DNA from: Dehalococcoidia bacterium
GTDB lineage: Bacteria; Chloroflexota; Dehalococcoidia; Lucifugimonadales; Australimonadaceae
Direction of reading: 5' to 3'
NCBI GenBank assembly: GCA_965220655.1
Contig: CBDCQO010000007.1
Span: 15,356 to 79,355, forward strand
DNA: 64,000 nt
Made by a program: the position numbers and the translations under genes
Part shown: positions 19,979-28,012 of the stretch, piece after piece
Layout: every line of letters begins with the position of its first letter
Numbering within the stretch: position 1 is the stretch's first letter
Notes under the pieces: generated by a model
What the model was told of the DNA's origin: nothing
What the model saw: the letters and a program-made list of their open reading frames with translations, nothing else
Database searches by the model: none

Positions 19979-21166
19979 CTACCGGGACGCCGCCTTCGAC
20001 AGCGCGCGCAGCTTCGGGACGAGGCCCGCCATCGTCTCGACGACGTAGTCGACCTCCTCCGCTGTGTTCTCCGGCCCGAGCGTCAGCCGCACGCAGCTGC
20101 GCGCCAGCTCGTTCGAGCGTCCGAGCGCCAGCAGCACGTGCGACGGCTCCAGCGACCCCGCCGTGCAGGCGCTGCCGCTCGACGCCGCGACCCCCGCGAG
20201 GTCCAGCCCCATCAGCAGCGGCTCCGCCTCGACGCCGTGGAACGAGACGTTCACGTTCCCGGGCAGCCGCGCGTCGGTGTTGCCGTTCACCTCGACCCGG
20301 TCCACGCGCTCGAGGATGCCGCTCAGCAGGCGGTCGCGCAGCGCGGCGCACGCGGCGGCGTTCGTCTCTCGTTCTCGTTCCGCTCGCTCCAGCGCGACGC
20401 TCATCCCGACGATGCCCGCCGTGTTCTCGGTGCCCGCGCGGCGTTCGCGCTCCTGTGCGCCCCCCACCTGCGTCGGTGCGAACGGCGTGCCGCGACGGAT
20501 GTACAGCAGCCCGACGCCCTTCGGCCCACCGAACTTGTGCGCCGAGAGCGACAGCAGGTCCACGCCCAGGTCGTCGACCCTGACCGGCACGGCGCCCGCC
20601 GCCTGCACCGCGTCCGTGTGTACGGCGATGAAACGACGCTCCACCGCCGCGCGCTCCTTGACGAGCCGCGCTATCTCTGTCACCGGCTGGAGCGTGCCGA
20701 TCTCGTTGTTCGCGAGCATGACGCTCACTACCGCCGTCTCCGGCCTGACCGCGCCCGCGACGTCCTCCGGACGCACGATGCCGTCGCGGCCTGGCGAGAC
20801 GTAGGTTGCCTCCCAACCGAGGCTCTCCAGCAGTTCGACGGCGTGGAGCACGGCGTGATGCTCGATGGATGTGGTCACGACGTGCCGCCCGCGCTCCTTG
20901 AGCGCGAGGGCAGGGCCCATGATGCCCGCGTTGTCCGACTCCGTCCCGCCGCTCGTGAAGACGATCTCGCCCGCACGCGTCCCGAGGACGCGCGCGCACC
21001 GCTCCCGCGCCTCGTCGAGCGCCTGCCGCGCCTGCTGAGCGAGCGCGTAGATGCTGGACGGGTTGCCGTACCGCTCGGTGAAGAACGGGCGCATCGCCTC
21101 CGCCACCTCCGGCAGCACCGGCGTGGTCGCCGCGTGGTCCATGTAGACCGTCTGCTCAGGCGTCAT
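19979..21166 (-). CDS. Cysteine desulfurase (class V aminotransferase, NifS/IscS type)
   Basis: YMDHAATTP, TSGGTESDN, SAHKFGGPKGVGLLY (PLP lysine) and SSGSACTAGSLEPSHV (active-site Cys loop). I chose the ATG at 21166. A TTG at 21184 is an alternative start. Confidence 0.9.
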   Translation of the reverse strand: MTPEQTVYMDHAATTPVLPEVAEAMRPFFTERYGNPSSIYALAQQARQALDEARERCARVLGTRAGEIVFTSGGTESDNAGIMGPALALKERGRHVVTTSIEHHAVLHAVELLESLGWEATYVSPGRDGIVRPEDVAGAVRPETAVVSVMLANNEIGTLQPVTEIARLVKERAAVERRFIAVHTDAVQAAGAVPVRVDDLGVDLLSLSAHKFGGPKGVGLLYIRRGTPFAPTQVGGAQERERRAGTENTAGIVGMSVALERAERERETNAAACAALRDRLLSGILERVDRVEVNGNTDARLPGNVNVSFHGVEAEPLLMGLDLAGVAASSGSACTAGSLEPSHVLLALGRSNELARSCVRLTLGPENTAEEVDYVVETMAGLVPKLRALSKAASR

Positions 21167-21220
21167 CTCGTGCGCGTCTCCCAACGAACTGCCTCACAGC
21201 ATACGCCTCTGCGGGATTAA

Positions 21221-21422
21221 CCCTCACCCCCAAGCCCCTCTCCCAGTGGGCGAGGGGAGCCCTTCACACCTCTCCCCCGGGGAGAGGTCGGCGCGCGGTA
21301 GCGCGGCGGGTGAGGGTGCTCCTTCCATTGTCATTCCGAGCGGAGTGCTGCGGAGTCGAGGAATCTCTCGGGCGGTCTGCTCCCCTCTCCCTCGAGGGGA
21401 GAGGGTTAGGGTGAGGGTGAAC
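21221..21422. repeat. Cluster of composite palindromic intergenic repeats (modules A, A' and B)
   Basis: Contains CCCTCACCC...CCCCTCTCCC-AGTG-GGCGAGGGG (21221-21260) and CCTCTCCCCCGGGGAGAGG plus GCGCGCGGTAGCGCG plus GGGTGAGGGTG (21266-21318). Also TTGTCATTCCGAGCGGAGTGCTGCGGAGTCGAGGAATCTCTCGG (21338-21379) and TCCCCTCTCCCTCGAGGGGAGAGGGTTAGGGTGAGGGTGAAC (21381-21422). The same modules recur elsewhere in the window. Confidence 0.9.
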
Positions 21423-22338
21423 CGGCTGGACGGAGCGTGGGGCTGTTCCCCACCGTCGCGTACCCGAACAGCTTGTACACCAGCTTCGCCGCCGTGTACG
21501 CGCACGCCTCAGGCCCCTCGTCCGGCGCGAGCTCGACCACGTCGAACCCCACGATGCGGCGGCGCTCGCCGACGGCGCGCAGGATGCGCAGCGCCTCCCA
21601 CCACCCCATCCCGCCCGGCTCCGGCGTGCCGACCGCCGACATGAACGACGGGTCGAACGCGTCGAGGTCGAACGAGACGTAGACATCCTCACCGAGCGTG
21701 TCGACGATGGCGTCGACATCGGCGATGGGCTCTGCGCCGCGCGGGAAGAGCGCGACGCCGTTCTCTCTGGCGAACGCCGCCTCCTCGCCCGTCATGCTGC
21801 GCACGCCTACGAGCGTGAGGCTCGACGCGTGGTCGAGCGTCCGCCGCGCCGCGCAGGCGTGGCTGTGCGCCCACCCCTGGTAGTCGTCCCGCAGGTCGGC
21901 CTGGGCGTCGAAGAAGATCACGCTCAGGCCGGGATGCCGCTCCGCGTGCGCAGCGACCGCCCCCGACGTGATCGAGTGCTCGCCGCCGAGCATCCCAACG
22001 AGTTTGCCCTGCGCGGCGTAGCCCGCAACCGCCTCCCGGACGCGGCCCGCCATCGCCTCCGGCCCCCCGTTGGGTTCGAGAGCGGGCGGGGCTTCGAGCG
22101 CCGGCGCGGTGTGGATGCCGGCCGCGCACGGCTCGCAGCCGAGCTCGACGTCGTAGTCCTCCATCTCGGCGGACGCCCGGATGATCGCCTCCGGCCCGCG
22201 CCGTGTCCCCTTCCGGTAGCTCGTCGTCTCCTCGTACGGGACGGGCAGCACGACGCACCGCGACCGGTCGAGCGTGTGCTCGTCCGGGTCGAGTATCAGG
22301 AACGTGTCGGGTAGGGCGGGCCGCTCGTTGCCGGTCAT
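21406..22338 (-). CDS. speB: Agmatinase / ureohydrolase family protein
   Basis: 310 aa with GGEHSITSG, FDAQADLRDDY...SHACAARR and SFDLDAFDPSFMSAVGTPEPGG. His of the usual DAHxD is Gln here. The last ~12 codons read into a repeat element. Confidence 0.85.
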   Translation of the reverse strand: MTGNERPALPDTFLILDPDEHTLDRSRCVVLPVPYEETTSYRKGTRRGPEAIIRASAEMEDYDVELGCEPCAAGIHTAPALEAPPALEPNGGPEAMAGRVREAVAGYAAQGKLVGMLGGEHSITSGAVAAHAERHPGLSVIFFDAQADLRDDYQGWAHSHACAARRTLDHASSLTLVGVRSMTGEEAAFARENGVALFPRGAEPIADVDAIVDTLGEDVYVSFDLDAFDPSFMSAVGTPEPGGMGWWEALRILRAVGERRRIVGFDVVELAPDEGPEACAYTAAKLVYKLFGYATVGNSPTLRPAGSPSP

Positions 22339-22356
22339 GGCGGCTCTCCAAATTAT

Positions 22357-22536
22357 CCCCTCTCCCTACAAGGGGAGAGGGCTAGGGTGAGGGTACTGCG
22401 GAGGCGGGGCTTGGGGCGGCTTGTCATGCTGAGCGCAGCCGAAGGCGTAGTCGAAGTATCTCTCGGGGAGCGTTATTCAATACAGGAGGGCTGCCTGAGA
22501 GATTCCTCGACTCCGCTGCGCTCCGCTCGGAATGAC
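22357..22536. repeat. Intergenic repeat modules A, B and inverted B
   Basis: Contains CCCCTCTCCC-TACA-GGGGAGAGGG-CTAGGGTGAGGGTA (22357-22395) and TTGTCATGCTGAGCGCAGCCGAAGGCGTAGTCGAAGTATCTCTCGG (22421-22467). The reverse complement of module B lies at 22496-22536. Confidence 0.9.
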
Positions 22537-22559
22537 ACGCGTGGGAGAGTGTACTCCCC

Positions 22560-22973
22560 CTACACCCTTTGCCGAACGGTCTCCCGCTCTTCTTCCACCA
22601 CCGCCTTGGCCGTTGCGGGGTCGAGGTGCTCCAGCCCGCGGTCCAGCACCCAATTGCGGACGCTCGCCATCGAGAAGAACTCGCCCACCTGCGCCATCGC
22701 ATCGTCGGCGTCGAACTCCTTGCACGAGAAGACATCGATGTTGACGTAGCCCCGGTCCGGGAACGTGTGCACGCTGATGTGGCTCTCCGCGATGATGACG
22801 AACCCGGAGACGCCCCAGTCCTCCGCTGTCGGCCCGTGGTAGGTGTAGACGGCGGGCGGCGTGATCTTGGTCATGCTGATGCGGTCCGGGAACTCGTCCA
22901 GGAACCGCCGCACGCGCTCCGCATCCGAGAGCTCGTCCGCGTCGCAGCCGTGTCCGTCAATCACCAGGTGCAT
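22560..22973 (-). CDS. speH: S-adenosylmethionine decarboxylase proenzyme (pyruvoyl-dependent, SpeH/SpeD type)
   Basis: The self-processing site motif AESHISVHTFP is present. The ATG at 22973 lies 5 nt after GGAG (MHLVIDGHG...). Upstream ORF codons translate a repeat element (IPACAGMT). Confidence 0.85.
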   Translation of the reverse strand: MHLVIDGHGCDADELSDAERVRRFLDEFPDRISMTKITPPAVYTYHGPTAEDWGVSGFVIIAESHISVHTFPDRGYVNIDVFSCKEFDADDAMAQVGEFFSMASVRNWVLDRGLEHLDPATAKAVVEEERETVRQRV

Positions 22974-22986
22974 CAGTGCTCCGTCC

Positions 22987-23639
22987 GTCATTCCCGCGCA
23001 GGCGGGAATCCAGGATGAGGGTGTCCCCCTGCACAATAACAGCGCCCCGCACTCGGGACGCCTCCGAAAGGATAGCACGACGCCTGCGCCCCTCACAACC
23101 GCGCCGCGTCCTCTGTCGCTCCTGCGAAGGCAGGGATCTCGCAGCCGGAGGGCTTGTCATGTTGAGCGAAGCCGGAGGCGGAGTCGAAACATCTCTCGGC
23201 CAGATGTTCGTGGAGGGCGGAGTTGCCAAGGCCCGGCGAAGAAAAAATTTCCCCGTGCGAAACCGCTCATCTGCGCTCATTCCGCGCTCATCCACTCCTG
23301 GCCCCGTACCGTTCATCGACCTCGCCGGACCGCTCGAAACCGCTCATTGTCGCGTCATTCCCGCTCGAAACCGCCCGATGACCGTGCACGCCATTGCACT
23401 CATGGGACCTCGTCCTTCGCGGGGACGTCGACGCCGGCGCTCCGCCGTCGGAGACAGCGTACGCGCCCCTTCCGCGTTCGTGAAAGGGGCGCGTGTCGCA
23501 CAGGCACCTGGTTCCGCCTGCGGTCTGACCCCCTCGCCCTCTGGGAGAGGGAACGCGCTTCAGCGCGGGGTGAGGGTGGTCTCGGACGGGGGCTTGGTCC
23601 CCTCTCCCTTGAGGGGAGAGGGCTAGGGAGAGGGTGAAC
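22987..23639. repeat. ~650-bp spacer made almost entirely of repeat modules (A, A', B, C), hairpins and phased CGCTCAT heptamers
   Basis: Module C: GTCATTCCCGCGCAGGCGGGAATCCAGG (22987-23014). C-like element at 23117-23145. Module B at 23155-23200. CGCTCAT at 23264, 23274, 23285 and 23341. An 11-bp stem hairpin at 23461-23493. Module A' at 23530-23579 and module A at 23598-23639. Confidence 0.85.
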
Positions 23640-25626
23640 TGGCGGGGTGAGGCACCCCCAGCCCCTCCAGCCTCCCCTCGACCGCCTCCGCCTCCAACGA
23701 CAGCCGCTCCCATTCCTCCCAGAGCAGCCCCGCCTCCTCCTTGAGCGCGCCGTACTCCTCACCCGCCGACGCCAGGTGCGCCGGGCCGTCGAACCGGTCG
23801 GGCTGCGAGAACATCGCCTCCAGCTCCGCGATGCGCGACTCGCGGTCGGACAGTGAGGCGCCCACCTCCTCTATCCGCATCGCCAGCCTGCGCGACTCGC
23901 TCCGCAGCGACCGTCGCTCGATCTCCGCGTCGTCGAGCGGCCGACCGCGTCTCCTGCCGCGGCCTCGTTCCGGGACTGCGCCGACCGCCCCGTTGACCGC
24001 TGGCGCGGCAACCCCGTTGTCGGCCTCGGTCTCCTTCCGGTAGAGGTAGTCGTCGTAGCCGCCGAGGAACACCGTGGGCTCTCCGGCGTCGATCTCGATG
24101 ATCTTGTTGGCGGTCTGCCGGATGAGCGTCCGGTCGTGCGTGATGAGGCAGATCGTGCCCTTGTAGTCGCCGAGGGCGTCCGCGAGTATCTCCCGCGACG
24201 CGATGTCGAGGTGGTTCGTCGGCTCGTCCATCAGAAGCAGGTTGCTCGGCTGCAGGAGCAGCTTGGCCAGCGCCACCCGCGCCTTCTCCCCGCCCGACAG
24301 CACCGATATCGGCTTGCGGACGTCGTCGCCGCTGAACAGGAAGCCGCCCAGCGTCGTGCGAAGGCGCTGCTCCGGCACGTCCGGCGCGGCATGCCGCAGC
24401 TCATCGAGGATCGAGTTCGCCGGGTCGAGCAGTTCGAGCACGTGCTGCGCGTAGTACGAAGTCACGACGTTGTGGCCGGTCCTCCGCTCCCCCTCGTCGA
24501 TCGGCAGGACGCCCGCGAGTATCTTCAGCATCGTCGTCTTGCCTGCGCCGTTCGGCCCGACCAGTGCCACGCGGTCGCCGCGCGACAGCGACAGGTTGAC
24601 GCCGCGATACACCGGCTTGTCGCCGTACGATTTGCTGACGTTCACCAGCGAGATCACCTCGGCGCCGCTGCGGGGCGGCTCCGGGAACGAGTAGCGCACC
24701 TTCTTCGTCGTCCGTGGCAGCTCGATGGTCTGCACCTTCTCGAGCTGCTTCAGGCGGCTCTGCACCTGCGTGGCCTTCGTCGCCTTGGACCGGAAACGCT
24801 CCACGAAGCGCATCTGCTTCTGCATCCGGCGCTCCTGCCGCGCCGCAGCAGCCATCTTGACCGCCAGCGACTGCTCGCGAGCGACGACGTACTCGTCGTA
24901 GTCGCCCTTCATGAGGACAACCTCGTCCTCCTCGATGGCGAGCACCTTCGTCGCGATCTGGTTCAGGAAGGCGCGGTCGTGCGACGTGATGAGCACCCCG
25001 CCCCGGAACCCGCCCAGGTACTTCTCGAACCACAGGTTCGCTTCGAGGTCGAGGTGGTTGGTCGGCTCGTCCAGGAACAGGAGGGCGGGGTTCCGGAACA
25101 GCAGCCGCGCGAGGCCGGCCCGCATCGCCCAGCCGCCGCTGAACTCGCTCATCGGCCTCAGGAAGTCGGTCTGCTTGAACCCGAGGCCCGAGAGGATGGT
25201 CTTCGCTTCGTACTCCCGGTCGTCCCCGCCCGCGGCCTCCAGCGCCATGTCCAGTTCGCCGAGACGCTCCAGCAGACCGGCCTGCCGCGCTGGGTCGGGC
25301 TCCGACGCCAGCGCCTCCCGCGTGGCGGCGATGTCGTCCGTGAGCGCGATCACCTCCTCGCCGGCGTCCAGCACTTCCTGGAGGAGCGGCTTGCCGTCGA
25401 ACGACGCGGGCTCCTGCTTCAGATAGCCGATGGAGACGTCGCGCCGCGTGGACACGTTCCCCGAGTCCGGCGGCGTGTCGCCTGCCAGGATGTCCATGAG
25501 CGTCGTCTTCCCGGATCCGTTCGCGCCGATCAGTGCGATGCGGTCACCGGCGTCGACGTTGAGCGTGAGCCCGCTGAACAGGGTCCTGGTCGAGTAGGCC
25601 TTGCTGATGTTGAAGGCAGATAGCAT
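23623..25626 (-). CDS. ABC-F family ATPase (two ABC cassettes, no TM domain, C-terminal coiled coil; Uup/YheS-like)
   Basis: 667 aa. Walker A motifs are GANGSGKTT and GPNGAGKTT. Signature motifs are FSGGWAMR and LSGGEKAR. The last codons read into repeat module A. Confidence 0.9.
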   Translation of the reverse strand: MLSAFNISKAYSTRTLFSGLTLNVDAGDRIALIGANGSGKTTLMDILAGDTPPDSGNVSTRRDVSIGYLKQEPASFDGKPLLQEVLDAGEEVIALTDDIAATREALASEPDPARQAGLLERLGELDMALEAAGGDDREYEAKTILSGLGFKQTDFLRPMSEFSGGWAMRAGLARLLFRNPALLFLDEPTNHLDLEANLWFEKYLGGFRGGVLITSHDRAFLNQIATKVLAIEEDEVVLMKGDYDEYVVAREQSLAVKMAAAARQERRMQKQMRFVERFRSKATKATQVQSRLKQLEKVQTIELPRTTKKVRYSFPEPPRSGAEVISLVNVSKSYGDKPVYRGVNLSLSRGDRVALVGPNGAGKTTMLKILAGVLPIDEGERRTGHNVVTSYYAQHVLELLDPANSILDELRHAAPDVPEQRLRTTLGGFLFSGDDVRKPISVLSGGEKARVALAKLLLQPSNLLLMDEPTNHLDIASREILADALGDYKGTICLITHDRTLIRQTANKIIEIDAGEPTVFLGGYDDYLYRKETEADNGVAAPAVNGAVGAVPERGRGRRRGRPLDDAEIERRSLRSESRRLAMRIEEVGASLSDRESRIAELEAMFSQPDRFDGPAHLASAGEEYGALKEEAGLLWEEWERLSLEAEAVEGRLEGLGVPHPASSPSP

Positions 25627-25702
25627 GTGGGGTTGGTGGGTGGTTAGTGTAGCAGAGGGGTGTTTGTGGGGAGGGTAGGATTACAACGAGGAAAGGAGAG
25701 TC

Positions 25703-27034
25703 TCACACACCAAAATCTCCAAGGATGCGGTCTCGGTCAAGCCACCCGTGGTTTACGAGTGTTCTTGTAACCACCCAAGATGATACTTGAAAATACTCAG
25801 CGGCTTCGTCAAAGTTTTCAGAGTCGAGGGATTTCCCGCTGAAGAAGTAGGCCAGCTCATCCCATGGGCAAAGGAACTCTTGGGCGAAAGCGCGTTGGAA
25901 TTTCTGCCGACTGGTGGTAACGTGCGTTGCTGGCATCAAGGGTTCGTCCTGTTGCGCTGCAATATAGTCACCCACCAAACGAGTCAGTGTAAAGCGGCGT
26001 CCATACAGATGACGTTGGTGCAGGGATACGCGAAACCCTTCTTCAGACTTGTCACTGCGTATACCTACAGAGAATGGGGCTCTGTGCATATCATAATGCC
26101 CGCCGCCACTCGGCTCGTCTAATGAGATTCCAAAAATGTCACCTAATGTGTTGCTCTGAATCGGCCCATCCCCCAAACCCCAAACTTGGCGAGCTGTCTT
26201 TGCGGCCTGAACAGCGCGCTGCCATGGAAGTGCATTGGGATCAAGCGACCGCTCGGCGAACCCTTTGCGAATTTCTTGATACTGAGGCGATTGCACTGTC
26301 GATCCGTGCGTCTCGACATCTTCAACTACGTCGCGCAAGTGATTAACAGTCTGATTCCCAGAACCTGCGGCTAATTCATGGATTGCATTAGTGCCGTACC
26401 GGGAGTATTCTCGTCGCAAACCCTCTAACAACCCTTCTGGGGCCTCATCAGGGTCATAGCCAAGACAAGCTTCCAGTTTGCGCCACTGACTGACCTCATG
26501 GTCGTTGCGTTCTTCAACCACTTCATTCCAGAGGGACCCGATATCTGTGTATGACGGATTTGCGACCGCTAGTTTGTCTATCGTGGCGTTGACGAAGTCG
26601 TCTATACCTTGTTCGAAGCTGGACGCCGAGACGAAGTAATGATAATCTCTTGTATAATATATAGGTTCAGCCGCACGCGGAACAGTTGGCGTACCATGGA
26701 CGGAAATAGTGTTCCAATCGCTGATGAATGAAAGATTCGGCCAGACGTACCCTCCACCTGCCGCCCCGATGTTGTGACGCATCTGCCACTCTGGAGTTCG
26801 ACTTCCGCTGTCTGGTTCCCACAGCAAACGCCACCAATTGTCTGCAAACCACATAGAGAGGTGCAGGGCGGAAAGACGGGCAAAATCATGTGAAATCACA
26901 TGCAACAGGTCCGTATTGTGTGTCAAGTTAACATCGTTAACTAGTATGGAAATGTCGGCTTGTGAAGCTCGCTCTGGCTCCTTAGTCCGACCTTTCCTGA
27001 GCCACTTGTACTGGATAGCGAAAGAACTGCTCAT
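25703..27034 (-). CDS. Islet gene B: 443-aa protein with a novel Trp-rich N-terminal region and a C-terminal ImmA/IrrE (Peptidase_M78)-like domain lacking the HExxH zinc site
   Basis: The ATG at 27034 overlaps the gene A stop as ATGA. A TTG at 27046 is an alternative start. The gene sits in a low-GC region. C-terminal segments GRRFTLTRLVGDYI and QRAFAQEFLCPWDEL match the M78 pattern by eye, except for the metal ligands. Confidence 0.75.
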   Translation of the reverse strand: MSSSFAIQYKWLRKGRTKEPERASQADISILVNDVNLTHNTDLLHVISHDFARLSALHLSMWFADNWWRLLWEPDSGSRTPEWQMRHNIGAAGGGYVWPNLSFISDWNTISVHGTPTVPRAAEPIYYTRDYHYFVSASSFEQGIDDFVNATIDKLAVANPSYTDIGSLWNEVVEERNDHEVSQWRKLEACLGYDPDEAPEGLLEGLRREYSRYGTNAIHELAAGSGNQTVNHLRDVVEDVETHGSTVQSPQYQEIRKGFAERSLDPNALPWQRAVQAAKTARQVWGLGDGPIQSNTLGDIFGISLDEPSGGGHYDMHRAPFSVGIRSDKSEEGFRVSLHQRHLYGRRFTLTRLVGDYIAAQQDEPLMPATHVTTSRQKFQRAFAQEFLCPWDELAYFFSGKSLDSENFDEAAEYFQVSSWVVTRTLVNHGWLDRDRILGDFGV

Positions 27035-27465
27035 GGTTGGTTCCAATGCGCCAATACCATACCCCGAAATGGGTCGCTTTGTGCGAGCGGGTATCCATGA
27101 TAGGTTCCTAGACCTTGATTTTCAAGCGATGCTTGGAGAGGTTCTCCATCTTCTGTAACGGCCCACACGTTCTGTGGGAATCCTCCGCGAAGCTGCGTGC
27201 TTATCAACCCTCTCCTAATCCCCTCTCTCAGCAAGTGAAGTGCTTCCTTCTTGGAATGAATGGCTACCGCGTCACACAACGTCTTGTGGGGCCGGGCTGC
27301 TGCGGGTGGATGGAGATTAAAATCTCCTGGTTTTCTCTTGTGAGCCGAGTTGCCGCCGTAATCCACGGTGGCTACAAGTTGGGCGAGTTCACTAGGATCA
27401 CATGCTTGTCGAATTGTCCGGTTGTTGTTGACCCCGCCGTGGGAGCGTCTAGGTCGGCCGCTCAT
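27031..27465 (-). CDS. Islet gene A: 144-aa basic protein of unknown family
   Basis: ATG at 27465 preceded by GGAGAG 7 nt upstream. MSGRPRRSHGG..., HKRKPGDF, TYHGYPLAQSDPF. Low GC. Coupled to gene B by a 4-nt overlap. Confidence 0.7.
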   Translation of the reverse strand: MSGRPRRSHGGVNNNRTIRQACDPSELAQLVATVDYGGNSAHKRKPGDFNLHPPAAARPHKTLCDAVAIHSKKEALHLLREGIRRGLISTQLRGGFPQNVWAVTEDGEPLQASLENQGLGTYHGYPLAQSDPFRGMVLAHWNQP

Positions 27466-27687
27466 GTGTGTCTCTCCGATTCGTGCCCTTCAGATACAGG
27501 CAATGGTATTTCAGCCGAGGCCGATGTGTCCATGTTCGCTGTTCGTTCGCTTTGCGTGCCTCTGGTCAGGCGAAGATGTTCCCAAGCGCATAATATCCCC
27601 CTCCCCCCCGCCCTGTGACACCCGCCCCTTCCGCCGCGCCGCCCCGACCGCGTACGCTGGTTGCATGGCCGTCGAACGCACAGCACC

Positions 27688-27736
27688 TATAGACCGTGTC
27701 TATACCTCACGCCCCAGCTATAGACAGGATCTATGG
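27688..27736. promoter_or_regulatory. Pair of TATAGAC-based inverted repeats (operator-like)
   Basis: TATAGAC-CGT-GTCTATA is a perfect 7+3+7 palindrome at 27688-27704. A second imperfect copy, CTATAGAC-AGGA-TCTATGG, lies at 27718-27736. Both sit between the low-GC islet and cinA. Confidence 0.35.
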
Positions 27737-28012
27737 GTCCGGCGCGAACTTCTGTTTTTGGAGGGAACCTTGCTTTCTTGGTCGCGGGAAGCAGGCCACG
27801 GCCTCGGAAACGCCCCGACCAAGGAGACCAAGGTTGCCAGATCGCATGGCCGGCTCACTCGTGGATGGCCGACCAAGATTCCCTCCCGGAGGCAGCGTGG
27901 GAATCTTGGTTCCGCCTGCGCAGGAACGACGGCCCCCATCCTGCCCATCCTGTCCATCGATGCCGATTCCCGGCTATACTCGCGCGGGTCGCCACTCCGG
28001 GATAGGAGAGTC

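Noticed and set aside
22861-23713. ORFs of 258, 216, 141 and 120 aa inside the 22974-23622 spacer, and ORFs 21224..21505, 21246..21644 and 22387..22749
   Set aside because: They are read-throughs of the palindromic repeat modules. Peptide strings such as SPLPRGERVRVRV and VIPSGVLRSRGISR recur wherever the repeat occurs, in either orientation.
27031-27465. Assigning islet gene A to the microbial RNase (barnase / RNase Sa / T1) family on the basis of GGFPQN... and TYHGYPL
   Set aside because: The resemblance to GPFPY...YYHEYTV / PYYEWPI is only a few residues, and the position of the catalytic Glu is Gly here. This is not enough to call. It is left as unknown pending structure or profile searches.
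27368-28012. 215-codon N-terminal extension of the cinA ORF (27368..29245) and plus-strand ORFs inside the islet (25787..26122, 26074..26346, 26838..27158, 27115..27618)
   Set aside because: CinA has a canonical N-terminus at the ATG at 28013 with its own GGAGAG. The extension crosses the compositional boundary and has no coding character. The plus-strand islet ORFs are shorter and overlap the two long, coupled minus-strand genes.
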